From positions 1-56,867 of the IMG/VR virus record IMGVR_UViG_3300049042_000288: DNA of 56,867 nucleotides. One strand, written 5' to 3'. The position numbers were made by a program, and so were the translations under genes. Below are positions 54,011-56,867 of this stretch, in pieces. The DNA is from a virus (lineage: Duplodnaviria; Caudoviricetes). Every line of letters starts with the position of its first letter. Position 1 is the stretch's first letter. Below the pieces are notes generated by a model. That model did not search any database and had not been told where the DNA came from. It worked only from the letters and a program-made list of their open reading frames with translations.

Positions 54011-54097
54011 AAAAGCTCCCCCGGGAGGTTGTTGGGCACGCCCTCCCGGGAGTTCTCCCCCTCGCGTGCGGACGGATGCCGACGCGAGGGAAGCTTG
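54011..54097 (-). terminator. Double-hairpin 3' UTR/terminator
   Basis: CCCTCGCGT...ACGCGAGGG, then CCCGGGAGG...CCTCCCGGG, then CTTTTG. Confidence 0.6.
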
Positions 54098-54556
54098 TTA
54101 AGCCAGCTCGGGCTCAGGGATCGCCTCTTCGACGATCTGGCCAGTGGTCATCCCGAACTTCGCTTTCATGTACTCAAGCTTCAGCTCAAGCTCACGGATT
54201 TCCTGCTGCAGCTTGTCGATCTTTGTCCCGATCTTCTTTGCGTAGAAGTCGATGTTCTTCTCGAACGGACCGACAAGCGCCGCGGTGATCTCGATATCCT
54301 TCGTGCTGTCGTTCCAGACGAGGAACTTCACGTCCACGCTGTAGCCGTCCTCGATGTAGGCGATCACGATGGACGGCCTTGTCTTGAAAGGCTCAAACCC
54401 GATCACGATTCCGTCGAACACGGCATGGTCGCCGTAGGTCGCTTTCTTAAGGATGCGGAGGCGATCCCCGACTTTCATGGTGCTACGAACGACGGCCTGC
54501 GTCATCACTTCGAAGGACTGCCCCTTCAGCTCAATTTGTTGTGTATTCACGTTCAC
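54098..54556 (-). CDS. Hypothetical protein with C-terminal coiled coil
   Basis: GTG after AGGAGA. Confidence 0.7.
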   Translation of the reverse strand: MNVNTQQIELKGQSFEVMTQAVVRSTMKVGDRLRILKKATYGDHAVFDGIVIGFEPFKTRPSIVIAYIEDGYSVDVKFLVWNDSTKDIEITAALVGPFEKNIDFYAKKIGTKIDKLQQEIRELELKLEYMKAKFGMTTGQIVEEAIPEPELA

Positions 54557-54770
54557 TCTCCTGTGTCTGTCGATCCCGGGCATAAGCGCCCTTGTAGTTG
54601 ACAACGTTAAAAATGGTCTGCTCAGTCACGCCGAACTCTCTCGCCAGCGTGGCGTAGGTGTGGTGAACCTTGCGGGGTCCATAAAGTTCACGGTTCAGGA
54701 TTTCCCCGTCCCGATAGAGACGACGGATGTCATTTGCCGCCTCTAAGTTGACACTACGCTGCCGCGACAC
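54531..54770 (-). CDS. Small HTH DNA-binding protein
   Basis: IRRLY...YATLAREFGVTEQTIFNVV. Confidence 0.65.
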   Translation of the reverse strand: MSRQRSVNLEAANDIRRLYRDGEILNRELYGPRKVHHTYATLAREFGVTEQTIFNVVNYKGAYARDRQTQESEREYTTN

Positions 54771-55035
54771 GGCAGTCCTCAGTGATAGACTTTCCCGTCA
54801 ACGCCGCCAGCAGCGCCCGGGGGTCCGCGAACATCACGATCCCTGTCTTCCGCTGAAGGTCGTAGACTCGACTGCCAGCATCGGCGATATCACCAAGGAT
54901 GACCTTGGCCTCGGCCTCGCTGGTACTCGAGGTCATGTGGTTCAATCGATGGCAGGCAATCATGAACGAGCTGTAGGCCATCATCAGGTCCTTGATCTGC
55001 TCGCGCTCTTCCCAGCTCAGGATCAGGCTTATCAT
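54754..55035 (-). CDS. Hypothetical protein
   Basis: 93 aa, ATGA coupled. Confidence 0.7.
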   Translation of the reverse strand: MISLILSWEEREQIKDLMMAYSSFMIACHRLNHMTSSTSEAEAKVILGDIADAGSRVYDLQRKTGIVMFADPRALLAALTGKSITEDCRVAAA

Positions 55036-55322
55036 TGATCCAGCTCCTCGGCGAACGCCACCCTGTGCTCTTCTTCCCAGCCGTCGATGTCGTCAGACGT
55101 GACGGTCATGGCCTTGAAGAACACGGTCTCGAAGTTGTCGGCGTTCATTCCATGAAGAATGTCGCTCGGCATAACGCTGCCGGGCTTAGACTCCTTGGTG
55201 TTGACGATCAGCGTCCACGTGTCGCGATGGCCCATCTTGCGTCGAGTAATGGTGCCATTCACGCCACCGTCGAATTCGATATCGAATTCGGTGATGGAAT
55301 TTGGTCGAGTTGTTAGTTTCAT
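55032..55322 (-). CDS. Hypothetical acidic protein
   Basis: RBS AAGGAGAC; own promoter upstream. Confidence 0.7.
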   Translation of the reverse strand: MKLTTRPNSITEFDIEFDGGVNGTITRRKMGHRDTWTLIVNTKESKPGSVMPSDILHGMNADNFETVFFKAMTVTSDDIDGWEEEHRVAFAEELDQ

Positions 55323-55351
55323 TCAGATGTCTCCTTTGTTTTGACCAGCCG

Positions 55352-55398
55352 ATTATCGGCGATCCCATATAAAAACGCAATCACTCTTTATGCGACAT
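55352..55398 (-). promoter_or_regulatory. Degenerate cassette-type promoter
   Basis: ATGTCGCA half box, then TTGCGT(55380-55375)-N17-GATAAT(55357-55352). Confidence 0.55.
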
Positions 55399-55602
55399 TT
55401 TGGTTTGTACAGCCCGGCGCATTTTCGAGCTGCAGTTCAATAATGACCGATGGTCAGAAGGTGACGACGGCAGGAAAACCGTCGCCCCTGTTTGTCTGTG
55501 TATGACCACCCAGTGGCCGCTCCCAGCACGATCTGCGATCTCCCAGCCGCGGCCCTCCTCCCGCTTCATGAACTCCCGGATGATCTTATTTGGCCTTGGC
55601 AT
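55381..55602 (-). CDS. HicA-like small protein
   Basis: GWEI...GSGHWVVIH...TVFLPSSPSDHR. Confidence 0.55.
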   Translation of the reverse strand: MPRPNKIIREFMKREEGRGWEIADRAGSGHWVVIHRQTGATVFLPSSPSDHRSLLNCSSKMRRAVQTKMSHKE

Positions 55603-55777
55603 CTTCGCGGTCCTTCAATCTGACGTTGCTCTCGAAGTACGGTCTCCAGTAGCCATGCACTTGTCGGTACGCAGCCTCCTTGTCGGTGGCCCAGACGCTC
55701 TCTGCATTCCACCCTTCGATACCGTCGCGCCCGCACTCGTACACGTCGACCTCGTACAGCTTTAGTCCCTTATCCAT
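55586..55777 (-). CDS. Hypothetical protein (MDKGLKLYEV...)
   Basis: RBS GAGG; short overlaps with both neighbours. Confidence 0.65.
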   Translation of the reverse strand: MDKGLKLYEVDVYECGRDGIEGWNAESVWATDKEAAYRQVHGYWRPYFESNVRLKDREDAKAK

Positions 55778-55976
55778 GGGTGACCGCCTCGTCCGTGTTG
55801 ACGACACGTGGTTTGGCTTCCATGAACTTCGCCGGATCAGCGAAAGCCATGCGGATGCAAAGCTCTGCGTCTTCCTCTGTGGCGAAAACGTAAGGAGGGC
55901 AACCGCTGGGCTTGAGACAGACCCGCTCGTGCTTTCCTTTTTTGGTGACAATAGATAACTCAATTTTGAACCCCAC
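55770..55976 (-). CDS. Hypothetical protein
   Basis: GTG after AAGGAG. Confidence 0.65.
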   Translation of the reverse strand: MGFKIELSIVTKKGKHERVCLKPSGCPPYVFATEEDAELCIRMAFADPAKFMEAKPRVVNTDEAVTHG

Positions 55977-56005
55977 TTTTTTCTCCTTTCCGGTGCCTGT
56001 TGATG

Positions 56006-56047
56006 AAAAGCGGGAGGAGGGGAGACACCACATCATCCTCCTCCCGC
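56006..56047 (-). terminator. Terminator hairpin with anti-RBS loop, copy 2
   Basis: Minus strand GCGGGAGGAGG-ATGATGTGGTGTCTCC-CCTCCTCCCGC-TTTT after the DUF932-like gene stop. Confidence 0.75.
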
Positions 56048-56057
56048 CCCGGGCGGC

Positions 56058-56867
56058 TTAGGCGGCGAGGGCGAGAAGGCCCCGCTTTGCCTCTTCCACC
56101 GTCTTCGCCCGGTCCCCAAACCACGCCGAGGTCATGCGCGCATCGCGCACCCGGCCTGCGCGGTGATTGGTCCAGTAGGTCACGCCGTTGAAGACGCCCC
56201 AGCCAGACTGACGTTCGCCGGGCGTCGATCCCGGAGCGGTCTGGATGCTGTCCAGAACCTCGCTCAGAGGTTTGTTGACGCCCACGCCAGCCGTCAGGCG
56301 TTCGAGGAACTTCGCCTGCGTCAGGCCAGCATCCTCAAGCTCCTGCTCGGTGGCAGGCTGCAGCAGCGGCTGCAGGAACTTGACGATGTCGAAGCGGCCC
56401 AGCTCCACCTTCGTCAGGGTGTTGTAGGCATCCGCCTGATCGGCAGCGGCCTGCACCGCGAGGTCGTACATCGAGCGTACCGCGCCGAAGTCGAACTCGC
56501 TGGAGTGCGTCTGGGTGTATTCCATACCACCCTCACGCATCGCCATCGCTTCGGTGTTCGCGCAGACCACGCGGGTCGACACGGCCTTCGCCTTGTTGGC
56601 CTTGCCGACCACGTGTGACCAGCTCAGCAGCAGGTAGTTCTTGACCACGTCGTCAGCCTTGCCGACAAAAAAGTCCTTATTGATGTTGATCAGCGTGAAC
56701 GGCGTCTTGCCGTCACGGAGCGATCCGGCAGTCTCGACGAACGATCCAGTCTCGTCAGCGAATTCCTTCGCGAAAGCGAAGAAGGCGTCGTTCTGGGTCG
56801 GGGTCCAGCGCGAGCTGGCGACCGTGAACTGAGCGCCGTCCGTTGATCGGACTGCAACGCGGTGGCT
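56058..56867 (-). CDS. DUF932/TIGR03299-like protein, open to the window edge
   Basis: Frame open from 56867: QNDAFF...ETAGSLRDGK...NYLLLSWSH...RVVCANT...WGVFNGVTYWTNH...SAWFG. Confidence 0.85.
   Translation of the reverse strand, partial: SHRVAVRSTDGAQFTVASSRWTPTQNDAFFAFAKEFADETGSFVETAGSLRDGKTPFTLININKDFFVGKADDVVKNYLLLSWSHVVGKANKAKAVSTRVVCANTEAMAMREGGMEYTQTHSSEFDFGAVRSMYDLAVQAAADQADAYNTLTKVELGRFDIVKFLQPLLQPATEQELEDAGLTQAKFLERLTAGVGVNKPLSEVLDSIQTAPGSTPGERQSGWGVFNGVTYWTNHRAGRVRDARMTSAWFGDRAKTVEEAKRGLLALAA

Noticed and set aside
1-56867. Prophage/lysogeny module, tRNA or rRNA genes, tape measure or sheath genes
   Set aside because: No integrase, CI/Cro pair, ParA, cloverleaf or long-tail genes recognised by eye. 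A tRNAscan-SE and HMM run would be needed to be certain.

Overview
The window looks like a nearly complete (~57 kb) genome of a tailed dsDNA phage with podovirus-like (P22-type) morphogenesis genes. A GcrA-like regulator points to an alphaproteobacterial host. Layout: (i) minus-strand early genes at both ends (1-2700 and 50738-56867), which appear to join across the window ends through one DUF932-like gene; (ii) a plus-strand replication block (putative SSB, HAD phosphatase, DnaQ-like exonuclease, DnaE-like polymerase, TOPRIM/SF3 primase-helicase, candidate origin, PD-(D/E)XK nuclease, NusG paralogue); (iii) a late block (TerS, TerL, a ~2070-aa multidomain protein, portal, two modules of Ser/Thr-repeat structural proteins, scaffold, major capsid, glycosyltransferase genes, tail and ejection proteins, tail fibre, lysis genes). 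I saw no integrase, repressor, tRNA, CRISPR array or reverse transcriptase. The most striking unexplained structure is in the early region. A ~108-bp regulatory cassette (upstream stop codon, palindromic box, sigma70 promoter, RNA hairpin, near-invariant RBS GGAGACACCACATG) is repeated and separates two-gene units. Two 3' hairpins carry loops that are the exact antisense of that RBS. A conserved GGAGGTG-NNN-TAAG-GGC-AAC junction suggests non-canonical translation. All product calls come from motif recognition by eye; no database search was run.
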